Of a stretch of DNA of 60,437 nt, positions 36,052 to 46,695 are shown piece after piece. The notes beneath the pieces are model-generated. The model saw nothing but the letters and a program-made list of their open reading frames with translations. It had not been told where the DNA came from and searched no databases. The DNA is from an uncultured Gammaproteobacteria bacterium (GTDB lineage: Bacteria; Patescibacteriota; Microgenomatia; UBA10105; UBA927), in contig CAYTZO010000003.1 in NCBI GenBank assembly GCA_964442525.1, positions 4,721 to 65,157 on the forward strand. The letters run 5' to 3'. A program made the position numbers and the translations under genes. Every line of letters begins with the position of its first letter. Positions within the stretch are counted from its first letter, which is position 1.

Positions 36052-37483
36052 TATAGATATCGCGCTCATCAAAAAGAAGTCACTTCACGGGGTTGTCGCG
36101 CTAACCTCACGCACCTTTCTCCTCCAGGTGGTTGCATTCGCCGCAACGTTTCTCCTGACAATTTTTCTTTCTCCCGCAATTTTTGGCGTCTTTTATGTAG
36201 TGTCCGCGATTATCTCGTTTTTAGGATATTTTTCCGACGTTGGTCTTGCTGCAGCGCTTATCCAAAAGAAGGAAACACTGATGAGAGAGGATCTTGTTAC
36301 CACATTTACCATTCAACAAATGCTTGTGGCGCTCCTGACGGCGGCCGCCCTTCTTCTTTCAAATAAGATTGCACGCTTTTACGCGCTGGATACTTCAGGT
36401 CTCTGGCTTTTCCGTGCCTTGGTAGTTTCTTTTTTCCTCTCATCACTCAAAACAATTCCCTCCGTACTTTTAGAGCGGGACCTTGAGTTTCAAAAATTAG
36501 TCATCCCAAGTATTGTAGAGACAATTGCTTTTTATGGCATTGCAGTGTTTTTGGCCTGGCGGGGGTTCGGCATAGCAAGTTTTACGTGGGCGGTGTTAGT
36601 GCGCGGCATAGCAGGACTTGTTGTTATGTATGTGATTTCTCCCTGGCGGATAGGCTTTGGAATCAGGAGAGAATCTGCGCGCACACTGCTGCGCTTCGGC
36701 ATTCCGTTTCAGCTTAATTCCTTTCTCGGACTGGTTAAAGATGATTTATTTACGGTTTTTTTGGGCAAAATACTTACATTTTCAGAAGTGGGCTACATTG
36801 GGTGGGCGAAAAAGTGGGCAGATGTTCCTCTCCGACTCTTCATGGATGCCGTGATCAGAGTAACCTTCCCGGCATATTCGCGTCTCCAACACGATGCAAA
36901 GGTTCTCGGCACGGCGATAGAAAAGACGCTTTTTGGTTTAGCGGCCACCATATTGCCGAGCACCGTCGGGCTCATATTTTTTATGGCTCCCCTTATTTCG
37001 CTCGTTCCCAAATACGCAAAGTGGGAACCGGCACTCTTTTCTTTCTATCTCTTCGCAGTTGCGGCAGTTCTCGCGGGCTTTTCAACTCCGCTTACCAACG
37101 CATTCAATGCAGTGGGGAGAATCAAAATAACCTTATGGCTTATGGTTATGTGGACAGCGCTTACGTGGATTTTAGGCGTATGGTTTATATCGATATTTAG
37201 CTTTTCCGGATTCTCGATAGCTCTCGTTATTATCTCGCTGACGCTTGTCGTGGTGGTGTATATCGTAAAGACAATAGCGCCAATTCGGTTTTGGAAATCG
37301 ATTCGTATACCCCTGGTTGCGGCAGGCGTTCAGGCGGGATGGTATGCGTTTTTTGTCCGGTCTGCGCCGTACGTTTTCTGGAGGTTGGCGCTTGTGGGAT
37401 TATCTGGTGTTATACTGTATGCGGGCCTCCTGTGGATTTTTGACAGAGAAAAAATAATGAGTTTGATGCCCAAGAAGATATGA
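36038..37483 (+). CDS. Wzx-like oligo/polysaccharide flippase (MOP superfamily)
   Basis: 481 aa, about 12-14 TM helices. N-terminal KKKSLHGVVALTSRTFLLQVVAFAATFLLT pattern typical of polysaccharide biosynthesis protein/flippase families. Confidence 0.75.
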   Translation: MPDVDIDIALIKKKSLHGVVALTSRTFLLQVVAFAATFLLTIFLSPAIFGVFYVVSAIISFLGYFSDVGLAAALIQKKETLMREDLVTTFTIQQMLVALLTAAALLLSNKIARFYALDTSGLWLFRALVVSFFLSSLKTIPSVLLERDLEFQKLVIPSIVETIAFYGIAVFLAWRGFGIASFTWAVLVRGIAGLVVMYVISPWRIGFGIRRESARTLLRFGIPFQLNSFLGLVKDDLFTVFLGKILTFSEVGYIGWAKKWADVPLRLFMDAVIRVTFPAYSRLQHDAKVLGTAIEKTLFGLAATILPSTVGLIFFMAPLISLVPKYAKWEPALFSFYLFAVAAVLAGFSTPLTNAFNAVGRIKITLWLMVMWTALTWILGVWFISIFSFSGFSIALVIISLTLVVVVYIVKTIAPIRFWKSIRIPLVAAGVQAGWYAFFVRSAPYVFWRLALVGLSGVILYAGLLWIFDREKIMSLMPKKI

Positions 37484-38385
37484 AAAAAATTACCATTAGC
37501 GTAGTTGTAACCGCATATAACGAAGAAAAACATTTAGCACGGTGTTTGTCTTCGGTGCGTTGGGCAGATGAGATTGTTGTCGTTGACAGTTCCTCGACAG
37601 ATAATACGGCCGCTATCGCCAAACGTTTTACCGCGAAGGTTTTTCAACAACCAAACTACCCGATGCTCAACAGAAACAAAAATTACGGATTTACGAAGGC
37701 CGCGGGCGATTGGATTCTTTGCCTGGATTCGGATGAAGTCATCCCCGAGGAATTAGCAAAAGAGATACGAAAAAACGTCTCAACGTCCCGCTTCAACGGG
37801 TACTGGATACCCCGGAAAAATATTATTTTTGGCAAGTGGATACAACATGGACTGTGGTGGCCGGACAGGCAGCTTCGGCTTTTTCGGCGCGGCAAGGGAA
37901 CGTATCCGTGTAAGCATGTCCACGAATATATTGCCATCGACGGCCCAACGGAAATACTCGATATTCCCTATCTCCATTATAACTATGAGAGCATCAGAGA
38001 GTACCTATGGAAAATGGAGAATATTTATACCGAGAACGAAGTAGAAAATCTTCTTGCCGTGGGAAGTCTGGTGCGCTGGTATGATGCGATACGATTCCCG
38101 GTTTCGGATTTTGTCAAAATTTATTTCGCTCAGGAGGGATATAAGGATGGACTCCACGGATTAGTTTTAAGCCTATTGCAGGCGTTTTATTCATTTTTGG
38201 TCTTTGCAAAACTTTGGGAAAAACAGGAATTTTCTCAAATGGAAATTCCGCTCTCCCGGGGGGTCCGGGAAATGCGCGATTCCGGGAAAATCGTTACCTA
38301 CTGGATGTTGACGGAGCAGATGAAAGACGCGCCTCCGCTTAAGAAGCTTTGGTATAAACTTCTCCGTGCGTTCGTCACAAGATAA
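37480..38385 (+). CDS. GT2 glycosyltransferase (KdtX/WaaE-like subfamily)
   Basis: ISVVVTAYNEEKHL..EIVVVDSSSTDNT..LCLDSDEVIPEEL. Paralogue of the gene at 39290. Confidence 0.8.
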   Translation: MKKITISVVVTAYNEEKHLARCLSSVRWADEIVVVDSSSTDNTAAIAKRFTAKVFQQPNYPMLNRNKNYGFTKAAGDWILCLDSDEVIPEELAKEIRKNVSTSRFNGYWIPRKNIIFGKWIQHGLWWPDRQLRLFRRGKGTYPCKHVHEYIAIDGPTEILDIPYLHYNYESIREYLWKMENIYTENEVENLLAVGSLVRWYDAIRFPVSDFVKIYFAQEGYKDGLHGLVLSLLQAFYSFLVFAKLWEKQEFSQMEIPLSRGVREMRDSGKIVTYWMLTEQMKDAPPLKKLWYKLLRAFVTR

Positions 38386-38394
38386 TTACTATTC

Positions 38395-39309
38395 ATGAAG
38401 AAGATAGCAATAGTCATCGTTAACTGGAATGGCAAGAACGACACCTTGGCCGTGCTTGATTCTCTTAAAAAGATGAACGCGCGGGGGAATGATATAGATG
38501 TCATTGTTGTTGATAACGGGTCAACCAATGATTCTGTCTCCGTGATACAAAGAGCTCATCCGTGGGTGCGGATTATAGAAACGGGCAAAAATCTTGGTTT
38601 TACCGGAGGAAACAACGTGGGCATTCGCGCGGCCCTGGAGAAAAGGACCCAGTTTATATGGCTTCTCAATAACGACACCATCGTAGAGAAGAATGCGCTT
38701 TGTCTCGTTGATGCGTTTGAGGATAGAGGGGTAGGCATTGTGGGATCAAAAATTTACTTTGCGCCCGGCCATGAATTTCATAAGGACCGATACAAGGCAA
38801 GGGATCAGGGACGCGTCATTTGGTACGCCGGAGGGCTGGTCGATTGGGAGAACATGTATGCAAGTCACAGAGGTGTTGACGAGGTAGATAAAGGCCAGTA
38901 TGACAAGGAGAGCGAGACGGCATTTATAACAGGTTGTTCCATGATGATACGAAGAGAGGTTTTTGAAAAGGTTGGTTTCCTCGACGATGCCTATTACCTT
39001 TACTTTGAGGATCTCGATTTTTGTCTTCGTGCGAAACGGGCAGGATATGGCCTTCATTACTATCCAAAATCAGTTATTTGGCACGTCAATGCGGGTTCCT
39101 CCGGCGGGGCTGGAAATCCTTTGCATGAATACTATCTGACGCGCAACAGGCTCCTAGTCGGCATGCGCTACGCACCGATGCGGACAAAAGCCGCGCTTCT
39201 GCGTGAGGCAGTCGGATTGGTTCTGTGGGGTTCGACAGTCAGGCGCAAGGCAGTGTTTGATGCTTTTTTCGGGAAATTTGGCAAGCAATATGAACCGCGC
39301 AAATTCTAA
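38395..39309 (+). CDS. GT2 glycosyltransferase (rhamnosyltransferase/WbbL-like subfamily)
   Basis: IAIVIVNWNGKNDT, VVDNGSTNDS, NLGFTGGNNVG, LLNNDT, EDLDFCLRAKRAGY. Confidence 0.8.
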   Translation: MKKIAIVIVNWNGKNDTLAVLDSLKKMNARGNDIDVIVVDNGSTNDSVSVIQRAHPWVRIIETGKNLGFTGGNNVGIRAALEKRTQFIWLLNNDTIVEKNALCLVDAFEDRGVGIVGSKIYFAPGHEFHKDRYKARDQGRVIWYAGGLVDWENMYASHRGVDEVDKGQYDKESETAFITGCSMMIRREVFEKVGFLDDAYYLYFEDLDFCLRAKRAGYGLHYYPKSVIWHVNAGSSGGAGNPLHEYYLTRNRLLVGMRYAPMRTKAALLREAVGLVLWGSTVRRKAVFDAFFGKFGKQYEPRKF

Positions 39310-40066
39310 AATTTCAACAATCATTCTTACTAAAAACGATGCGACGAGGATCGCATCATGTATGCAGAGCGTATCGTGGACGGATGAAATTATCATCGTT
39401 GACAACGGCTCCACCGACGACACAAAAAAAATTGCACGGAAAATGGGAGCTTTTGTGGTTGAAGATAAAGTGAGAACAGATTTTGCCCACCTGAGAAATA
39501 CGGGGAGAGAAAGTGCAAAAGGAAATTTTCTGCTCTATGTCGATAGCGACGAGCTCGTATCGCCTGAGCTTGCCTCAGAAATACAGGCAACTGTTCGTAA
39601 TTACAAACCTGGCACTTCTCCTGCTGCGTATTTTCTCCGTCGCAAAAATTTTTATCTCGGACATCCATGGCCGTATCAAGATAAAATGGAGCGTTTCTTT
39701 TGGTCAAAAGGGCTCAATGGATGGGCAGGACAAATCCATGAATCTCCAAAAATATACGGATCAGTTGGAGAATTTATCCATCCCCTTGTTCATACGACTC
39801 ATAGGACGCTGGAAGAGATGGTGGTAAAGACAAATCAGTGGTCTGAAATCGAAGCGGTGCTGCGGTTTCAGGCGGGTCATCCGACTATTGTTTGGTGGAG
39901 ATTTATCCGAGTAATGATCGCTTCATTTAACGAATCTTTTTTTCACCAGAGAGGATTTCAGGCTGGGGCGGTCGGTTGGATTGAAAGCATGTTCCAGGCA
40001 TTTAGCACATTTATTACCTACGCGAAATTATGGGAAATACAGAACAAAATATCAAGCGTTTCTTGA
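39290..40066 (+). CDS. GT2 glycosyltransferase (KdtX/WaaE-like subfamily)
   Basis: ISTIILTKNDATRI..EIIIVDNGSTDDT..LYVDSDELVSPEL. 20-nt overlap with the upstream gene. Confidence 0.8.
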   Translation: MNRANSKISTIILTKNDATRIASCMQSVSWTDEIIIVDNGSTDDTKKIARKMGAFVVEDKVRTDFAHLRNTGRESAKGNFLLYVDSDELVSPELASEIQATVRNYKPGTSPAAYFLRRKNFYLGHPWPYQDKMERFFWSKGLNGWAGQIHESPKIYGSVGEFIHPLVHTTHRTLEEMVVKTNQWSEIEAVLRFQAGHPTIVWWRFIRVMIASFNESFFHQRGFQAGAVGWIESMFQAFSTFITYAKLWEIQNKISSVS

Positions 40067-42366
40067 CGAACTGGTGGCCAATCGGAATTATTTTTACCAT
40101 TTGGCTCCTGTTTGCCCAGCCGTATATCCTCAAGGGGTTTGTGCCATTCCCTTCAAAATATCTCGTGACGTTTTTTCCTCCTTGGAGTGCGGCCTACGGT
40201 ATGCCCGTGAAAAATAACGCGATGCCGGACGTTATCACACAAATTTATCCTTGGAAAAAATTAACTATAGACACTTGGAAACTCGGTGAAGTTCCCCTGT
40301 GGAATCCATATAGTTTTAGCGGTACGCCGCTTCTTGCAAATTATCAGTCTGCGGTTTTTTCACCCATGAACCTTCTGTTTTTTTTCATGAACCAAATAGA
40401 TGCATGGAGCTGGCTTGTCCTTCTGCAGCCGCTTCTTGCGGGATTATTTCTCTATATGTATCTGCGGACGCTTGGCCGATCGCAGTCGGGAAGCACGATA
40501 GGAAGTCTTGCCTTTATGTTTTCCGGATTTATCGTCGTATGGATGGCGTATGGTACGCTTGGATACGCCGTCCTGTGGTTACCGCTTACTCTTCTGGCAA
40601 TCCACAAGTATTTTAAGACAAAAGTGTGGTGGTATGGACTACTCATTTCAGCGTCTTTGGCTCTTTCGTTTTTGTCGGGTCATTTCCAAATCAGTCTTTA
40701 TGTTAGCCTCTTTTCTTTTGCCTATATTTTTTATCAGGGGCGGATAAGTGGAAAGTGGAGGCCGACCGTCCGTGCCTTTTTGTTTTTCCTGGCGGGAATT
40801 GCATTAAGTAGTCCTCAGATTTTTCCGTCGCTTGCAGCGTACGAACGGGCAGTGAGGAGTGTGAGCTTTACCAAGGGAGAGATTATTCCGTGGAATTACC
40901 TCATTACATTTTTTGCACCCGATTTTTATGGCAATCCGGTTACGCGGAATGATTGGTTTGGCCATTATGCCGAATGGGCGGGTTTTATAGGAGTTGCCCC
41001 CCTCCTGCTTGCCCTGTTGACGCTTACCCGCAAGAAGACAAAGGAAGAGATGTTCTTCTTTATTGTTGGCGCTGCTGCCCTGTTATTTGCCCTTCCGACG
41101 CCCCTTACGGATGCGTTATTCGTCCTGCGCATTCCGGTTCTTTCTACAAGTGCCGCATCGCGGATTATCGTTGTTGCCAGCTTTTCGCTCGCCGTGCTTT
41201 CGGCATATGGGTTTGACGGCTTGGGTTCATTTTGGAAAACAAAGGATTATGACAGAGTAAAAAAACTTTCTATTGTTGTCATTATTTTTTTAGTTTTTCT
41301 TTGGGGAGCGCTTGAGTTAGGAAAGCCTTTATCCGCCGAAAAACTCATCGTTGCGAGGAGAAACAGTATATTTCCGACGCTTATGGTGTTGGCAGCAGTG
41401 TCTTCTCTTTGGATTGGTTTTCGCGGCGGGCTTACAAAAAAAGTCGGCACCGCACTCCTTATCGGGATTACGGCCATAGACATGCTGCGGTTTGCAGCAA
41501 AGTGGATGCCGTTTGACCCCAGAGAGTACATGTATCCGGACATGCCGGTAGTGGCTTTTTTGCAGCAGAGCGTCGGTATATCCAGAGTCTTTGGAAATTT
41601 CGGTAATGAACTTGCCACGACATTTCGTATTCCTTCAGTAGAAGGATACGATGCGCTTTACCCGCGCAGATACGGAGAATTTGTTTCTGCTCTTGCGGAT
41701 GGGAAGATCCGTGATATTGCCCGTTCCGTTGTGGTTATTGATAAGGCGGGAAAATATACGGAAGATGCGCTGAGGTTACTTGGCGTGCGCTATCTTGTCC
41801 ACAGGACTAGTGACGGAAGGAACATCTGGGCATATCCCTTTTGGAAATATCCGGATTACCAATCAGTATATAAAGATGCTTATTTTGAAATATTTGAGAA
41901 TACGAAGGCATACCCCAGGGCATTTCTGGCATCGTCATATGTGTTAGGGCAAAACAGTCAGGATATCCTTTCTAAACTTTTTGATTCAACGATAGACAGG
42001 CGGCAGACGGTGGTATTGGAAGATAGACCTTCAATTGAACCGCAAGCGGGAGATGGGGATGTTGCGATTGAACTCTATAAACCCACATACGTTCGGTTAC
42101 GCACCTCGTCGTTGGTGCCGAAACTACTTTTCCTTTCCGATGCATATGATGAAGGATGGAAAACGACAATTGACGGACGGCCCGCTGGGCTTCTGCGCGC
42201 AGATTACGTTTTTCGCTCGGTAGCACTTCCTGCAGGAAATCATACCGTGGAATTTCGTTACCAGCCGCAGACGTTTACGTTGGGGCTGGTTGTTGCCGGC
42301 GTAACAGTAGTGTTGCTGCTGGTCGGGAGTATAAAAATCGGGCGGGCTTACGCTCGCTCTTTTTGA
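40030..42366 (+). CDS. YfhO-like GT-C membrane protein, paralogue 1
   Basis: QIYPWKKLTIDTWKLGEVPLWNPYSFSGTPLLANYQSAVFSPMN, many TM helices, C-terminal YDEGW..IDG..LPAGNHTVEFRY module plus a final TM helix. An alternative TTG start at 40063 would give a 4-nt overlap. Confidence 0.72.
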   Translation: MGNTEQNIKRFLTNWWPIGIIFTIWLLFAQPYILKGFVPFPSKYLVTFFPPWSAAYGMPVKNNAMPDVITQIYPWKKLTIDTWKLGEVPLWNPYSFSGTPLLANYQSAVFSPMNLLFFFMNQIDAWSWLVLLQPLLAGLFLYMYLRTLGRSQSGSTIGSLAFMFSGFIVVWMAYGTLGYAVLWLPLTLLAIHKYFKTKVWWYGLLISASLALSFLSGHFQISLYVSLFSFAYIFYQGRISGKWRPTVRAFLFFLAGIALSSPQIFPSLAAYERAVRSVSFTKGEIIPWNYLITFFAPDFYGNPVTRNDWFGHYAEWAGFIGVAPLLLALLTLTRKKTKEEMFFFIVGAAALLFALPTPLTDALFVLRIPVLSTSAASRIIVVASFSLAVLSAYGFDGLGSFWKTKDYDRVKKLSIVVIIFLVFLWGALELGKPLSAEKLIVARRNSIFPTLMVLAAVSSLWIGFRGGLTKKVGTALLIGITAIDMLRFAAKWMPFDPREYMYPDMPVVAFLQQSVGISRVFGNFGNELATTFRIPSVEGYDALYPRRYGEFVSALADGKIRDIARSVVVIDKAGKYTEDALRLLGVRYLVHRTSDGRNIWAYPFWKYPDYQSVYKDAYFEIFENTKAYPRAFLASSYVLGQNSQDILSKLFDSTIDRRQTVVLEDRPSIEPQAGDGDVAIELYKPTYVRLRTSSLVPKLLFLSDAYDEGWKTTIDGRPAGLLRADYVFRSVALPAGNHTVEFRYQPQTFTLGLVVAGVTVVLLLVGSIKIGRAYARSF

Positions 42367-42403
42367 AACGCCTTGTTCGCGCTTCGCGCGGATTGGATGC
42401 GAT

Positions 42404-42424
42404 CCACGGCCGGTCGTGGTTTTC
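42404..42424 (+). terminator. rho-independent terminator candidate
   Basis: CCACG-gccggt-CGTGG hairpin followed by TTTT, 38 nt after the stop of YfhO paralogue 1. Confidence 0.4.
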
Positions 42425-42431
42425 GCTCTCT

Positions 42432-42440
42432 TGTTATAAA
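42432..42440 (+). promoter_or_regulatory. extended -10 box TGT-TATAAA, 8 nt upstream of the GT4 ATG
   Basis: Follows the terminator candidate. No SD between the box and ATG 42449. Confidence 0.35.
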
Positions 42441-42448
42441 ATATTATT

Positions 42449-43495
42449 ATGCTTATCGGATTTTATAATCCATATTTCGATGGTTTCGGCGGAGGGGAGC
42501 GCTATAGCTTAACCCTTGCATCGCACTGGTCAAGGCACAATAGGGTAGAATTATTTTGGGATGATGATTCTATTTTATCTGAATACAAAAAGCGTTTTGA
42601 CATTGATCTTTCGAGGATAAAAATTACTCAGAATATCTTTCGAGGAAAAAATTTACTCAGAAAGCTTTATCTATCAAGGGCGTATGATCTAATATTTTTT
42701 CTAAGCGATGGGAGCATACCAACGAGCTTTGCAAGGCGCAATATTTTGCATTTCCAGGTACCATTTCCCAAACTAGAGACGAATCCGCTCAAGTTGGGGA
42801 GATTCCAGGCAATTGTCTGCAACTCGGAGTTTACGAGAGAGAATCTTGACCCCAGATTTATCCGGAAATCGCGGGTTATTTATCCCCCGGTAGATCGCAT
42901 CGCGTCCATTCCGAAGGAAAAAAAAGAAAACCTGATTTTATCGGTGGGGAGGTTTACTGCTTTCCATCAGGCGAAAAAGCAGCATGAAATGATAGAAACG
43001 TTTATGAAGCTCGAGCGGTCAATTCCCGGGTGGCAATTGGTGCTAGCGGGGGGCCGCATGCCCAGCGATGAAAAATATTTTGCTTTTCTTAAGGAGCAGT
43101 CGCGAGGTCACAGAGTAAAACTACTTCCCAACATTACTTATAGAGAATTAGCCGTGCTTTATAATAAGGCAGCAATTTACTGGCACGCGACCGGATACGG
43201 AGAGACAGATCCAAAACTCATGGAGCATTTCGGCATTTCAACGGTAGAAGCCATGTCTGCAGGCTGCATCCCCGTGGTCTATGCCGGAGGAGGACAGCGG
43301 GAAATAATCGATCACAAGAAAAATGGATACCTGTGGAGTACCATTGATGAGCTTTTAGACTATACGTTTCTTCTTGCCACGGACGAAAATGCATTAAGCC
43401 GGCTCAAGCCCCCGGCGCAGAGGCGGGCGAGTGAGTTTACCGAGGAAAGATTTTTTGATTCCTTTGATCATCTTTTAGGACAAATAACGAGATGA
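42449..43495 (+). CDS. GT4 (GT-B fold) glycosyltransferase
   Basis: C-terminal GT1/GT4 signature: LSVGRFT..K......LVLAGG....Y..L......EHFGISTVEAMSAGCIPVV..GG..EII. Confidence 0.85.
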   Translation: MLIGFYNPYFDGFGGGERYSLTLASHWSRHNRVELFWDDDSILSEYKKRFDIDLSRIKITQNIFRGKNLLRKLYLSRAYDLIFFLSDGSIPTSFARRNILHFQVPFPKLETNPLKLGRFQAIVCNSEFTRENLDPRFIRKSRVIYPPVDRIASIPKEKKENLILSVGRFTAFHQAKKQHEMIETFMKLERSIPGWQLVLAGGRMPSDEKYFAFLKEQSRGHRVKLLPNITYRELAVLYNKAAIYWHATGYGETDPKLMEHFGISTVEAMSAGCIPVVYAGGGQREIIDHKKNGYLWSTIDELLDYTFLLATDENALSRLKPPAQRRASEFTEERFFDSFDHLLGQITR

Positions 43496-45753
43496 AACTA
43501 TTTAAGAAAGAATGGTGGTGGATCGGTCTTTTTTTCGCCGTCGTCGCGATCTTTTTTTCTCCCATTATTTTACAGAGGAAAATTCCGGTCCCCAGTGATG
43601 CGCTCGTCGGGCTTTATTACCCCTGGCGCGATCTGTTTAGGGAGCAATATCCCCGCGGAATACCGTTCAAAAACTTTCTCATCACTGATCCGGTTCGCCA
43701 ACAAATACCATGGAGAAAAATAGCCATTGACCAATGGTTACAGTGGCGACTTCCGCGGTGGAACCCATTTAACTTTTCCGGTACGCCAATCAATGCAAAC
43801 ATTCAAGCCGCCGCTTTTTACCCGATCAACATAGTTTTTTTCATATTTAATTTTCCGGTTGCCTGGACAATTATTATTGTGATCCAGCCGCTCCTTGCCG
43901 GTTTGTTTCTTTACGTGTATTTACGACATCTCAAGCTTTCGCCATGGTCGAGCACCATGGCAGCGGTCGTGTGGAGTTTCGGTGGTTTTAGTACGGCATG
44001 GCTTACGTGGGGGACCATGGTACAGGTAGCCCTTTGGCTTCCTCTTATTCTCCTATCCCTTGACGAGATTATTGCATCCCCCCGGTTTGGTTTTCGATGG
44101 GGGATACTTCTTTTGTTCTCGCTCACCATGAGTTTTTTTGCCGGCCACCTGCAAATTTTTTTCTATACCTTTTTGCTTTCCATCGGTTATGGGCTATGGA
44201 AAATTGCAGCGATTCCCCGGCCGCAGCAAAAAGAAGTCATGGTTCACTTTTTTTGGATAGTGGGCCTTTTTGTTGTGCTTACAGCCATCCAATGGATACC
44301 ACTGATTCGCTCTCTTCTGGAAAGCAGCAGATTTTCCGGCCCGACCAACTGGAGGGAAGCGGGTTGGTTTCTTCCTTGGCAGAACCTCGTGCAGTTTATT
44401 GCTCCCGATTTCTTCGGTAATCCCACAACTCTGAATTACTGGGGGGTATGGAATTATGGAGAGTTTGTCGGTTACATAGGAATCATCGGCTTAGTCTTTG
44501 CGCTTCTTGCAATAGCAAGAAGCGACTCCCGTGTCAGATTTTGGACGGCGGTCCTTTTCCTATCATTTGTATTTTTGTTGCCAAATCCCATTTCGAAGAT
44601 TATCTACGAGTTCCGTCTCCCTGTTGTTTCCGCGATGCAGCCTACCAGACTTACGATGATCGTCGATTTTGCTCTTTCTGTGCTTGTGGGTTTTGGTGCG
44701 GATTATTTCACAAAACAAGCAAAAGCACTTGTCAGAATTTTGGGAGCGATTGCCATAGTAATCGCGTCGCTATGGTTTACCGCGTTTATCCTGAGTCGCG
44801 GGTCAAATCAAGAACTCGTTTCTCAGCTTTTAGTGGCGAAAAACAACCTGCTTCTTCCGACGGCGCTCTTTGCCGCGAGTGTCTTGCTTTTTATCCTCTG
44901 GAAGAAGGTGGCGGCATTCAAAAAATATACTATCATTCTGCAGATCGCGGGCCTCATTCTTCTCTCATTTGACTTATTGCGATTTTCGTGGAAATTTACT
45001 CCGTTTTCCCCCCGAGAATATTTTTTCCCACAAACGAAGGCATTGAAGTTTCTTGAGAGCCAGCCCAAGCCTTTTCGCATTGCCGTTCTTGATAGTCGTA
45101 TCGTACCGCCGAACGTATCCGCCTACTATGGATTGGAATCTATTGAAGGATACGACCCGATATACGCAGGCAGTTACGAACAATTTATCGCAGCGTCCGA
45201 GCGGGGAAAAGCTGACGTTACACCCCCTTATGGATTTAACAGAATTATAACCCCACATAACATTGATTCTCCGCTCTTGCCACTTCTCAACGTGCGGTTC
45301 GTCTTAAGCCTAGAGGACTTGAAAAAGCCGTACTTAATCAAGGTGTTTCAGGAAGGGGAAACCCGGGTGTATGAGGACGCCCGAAGCACTCCGAGGGCAT
45401 ATTTTGTTGAACGGGTTTCCTTTGAAAGGGATAAACGCACGATTCTCAATAATCTCTTCGATACATCGTTTCAACCTCAGACACGAGCCTTTGTGGAAAG
45501 ACCGGTGACGCTGCTTCCCATACCGGTCCAGTCGAGTGAATTCGCCGAGATTCGATCGTACAATAATTCTGAAATACTGCTTGATGAGAATGCGATGAGT
45601 CCCCGTTTTTTGTTTATCGCAAACATGTTTGATGACGGCTGGAGAGCAGAAATAGACGGACGACAAACGACAATCTATCGCACAAACTATCTTTTTCAGG
45701 GCATCGTTGTGCCGGCGGGTAGGCACTCGATCATCTTGCGCTACCGAGGGTAG
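43492..45753 (+). CDS. YfhO-like GT-C membrane protein, paralogue 2
   Basis: QQIPWRKIAIDQWLQWRLPRWNPFNFSGTPINANIQAAAFYPIN. C-terminal FDDGWRAEIDG..VPAGRHSIILRY. ATGA overlap with the GT4 gene. Confidence 0.72.
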   Translation: MKLFKKEWWWIGLFFAVVAIFFSPIILQRKIPVPSDALVGLYYPWRDLFREQYPRGIPFKNFLITDPVRQQIPWRKIAIDQWLQWRLPRWNPFNFSGTPINANIQAAAFYPINIVFFIFNFPVAWTIIIVIQPLLAGLFLYVYLRHLKLSPWSSTMAAVVWSFGGFSTAWLTWGTMVQVALWLPLILLSLDEIIASPRFGFRWGILLLFSLTMSFFAGHLQIFFYTFLLSIGYGLWKIAAIPRPQQKEVMVHFFWIVGLFVVLTAIQWIPLIRSLLESSRFSGPTNWREAGWFLPWQNLVQFIAPDFFGNPTTLNYWGVWNYGEFVGYIGIIGLVFALLAIARSDSRVRFWTAVLFLSFVFLLPNPISKIIYEFRLPVVSAMQPTRLTMIVDFALSVLVGFGADYFTKQAKALVRILGAIAIVIASLWFTAFILSRGSNQELVSQLLVAKNNLLLPTALFAASVLLFILWKKVAAFKKYTIILQIAGLILLSFDLLRFSWKFTPFSPREYFFPQTKALKFLESQPKPFRIAVLDSRIVPPNVSAYYGLESIEGYDPIYAGSYEQFIAASERGKADVTPPYGFNRIITPHNIDSPLLPLLNVRFVLSLEDLKKPYLIKVFQEGETRVYEDARSTPRAYFVERVSFERDKRTILNNLFDTSFQPQTRAFVERPVTLLPIPVQSSEFAEIRSYNNSEILLDENAMSPRFLFIANMFDDGWRAEIDGRQTTIYRTNYLFQGIVVPAGRHSIILRYRG

Positions 45754-45780
45754 CATGGTATCTTCAAGTAGTTTTTTCTT

Positions 45781-46695
45781 ATGAAGCAGCATTTGCGAGT
45801 AAGCATCGTCATCCCCAATTGGAATGGTGTATTCCTTATGGAAAAGCATCTTCCGAAAGTCATTGCAGCGGCGGGCAATGCCGAAGTGATTGTGAGCGAT
45901 GATGCGTCCGTTGATGGATCGGTTGAGTGGCTGCATAAACATTTTCCAAGAGTGAAGGTCGTAGTCAACCGGAAGCGGCAGGGATTTGCGGGTAACGTAA
46001 ATTGCGGCGTTGCTGCAGCAACGGGTGATATCGTAGTACTTCTTAATACCGACGTCGAGCCGGAAAAAGAATTCCTTGCTCCACTCCTTGTCCATTTTGC
46101 AGAGGCGAAAGTTTTTGCAGTCGGGTGCCTTGAAAAAAGTTTTGATTCAGGAGGAGTAGTCCTGCGAGGGAGGGGTATTGCCCGGTGGACGAAGGGGTTT
46201 TTCATTCATTCACGCGGAGAAGTAAACAAAACCGATACCGCATGGGTTTCCGGCGGGAGCGGAGCATTCAGGAAAAAAATATGGGACGAGCTAGGAGGGA
46301 TGGACACGCTCTACAATCCCTTTTATTGGGAAGATATAGATCTTTCCTACCGGGCGCTCAAAGCAGGTTACAAACTCGTCTTTGAGCCGAAAAGCATCAT
46401 CAGGCATTACCATGAACAGGGTAAAATAAAAAGCGAATTCAGCCCCGATGAGGTAAAGCGCATTGCCTATCGTAATCAATTTACGTTTGTCTGGAAAAAC
46501 CTTTCGGATCGATCTTTGATGCTTATGCATAGTCTATTTATCCCGATCCGGCTCGTCAAGGCGGTTCTTCGAGGAGATTTTGCTATGGTGAAAGGCTACG
46601 CGTTAGCTCTCATGCGACTTGGGCACATTCTTGCCTCTCGGCACAAAAGTTCTCTTCGCTGGCGGAAGCGAGACGGTGAAATCTTTCGATCATGA
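45781..46695 (+). CDS. GT2 glycosyltransferase (WbbL-like subfamily)
   Basis: VSIVIPNWNG, VSDDASVDGS, GFAGNVNCG, LLNTDV, EDIDLSYRALKAGY. Confidence 0.8.
   Translation: MKQHLRVSIVIPNWNGVFLMEKHLPKVIAAAGNAEVIVSDDASVDGSVEWLHKHFPRVKVVVNRKRQGFAGNVNCGVAAATGDIVVLLNTDVEPEKEFLAPLLVHFAEAKVFAVGCLEKSFDSGGVVLRGRGIARWTKGFFIHSRGEVNKTDTAWVSGGSGAFRKKIWDELGGMDTLYNPFYWEDIDLSYRALKAGYKLVFEPKSIIRHYHEQGKIKSEFSPDEVKRIAYRNQFTFVWKNLSDRSLMLMHSLFIPIRLVKAVLRGDFAMVKGYALALMRLGHILASRHKSSLRWRKRDGEIFRS

Noticed and set aside
45334-46095. 253-aa and 154-aa minus-strand ORFs spanning the YfhO-2 / GT2 junction
   Set aside because: They are antisense to two well-supported plus-strand genes, including the GT2 DxD region. They show no domain pattern and cross an intergenic gap. 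Shadow ORFs.
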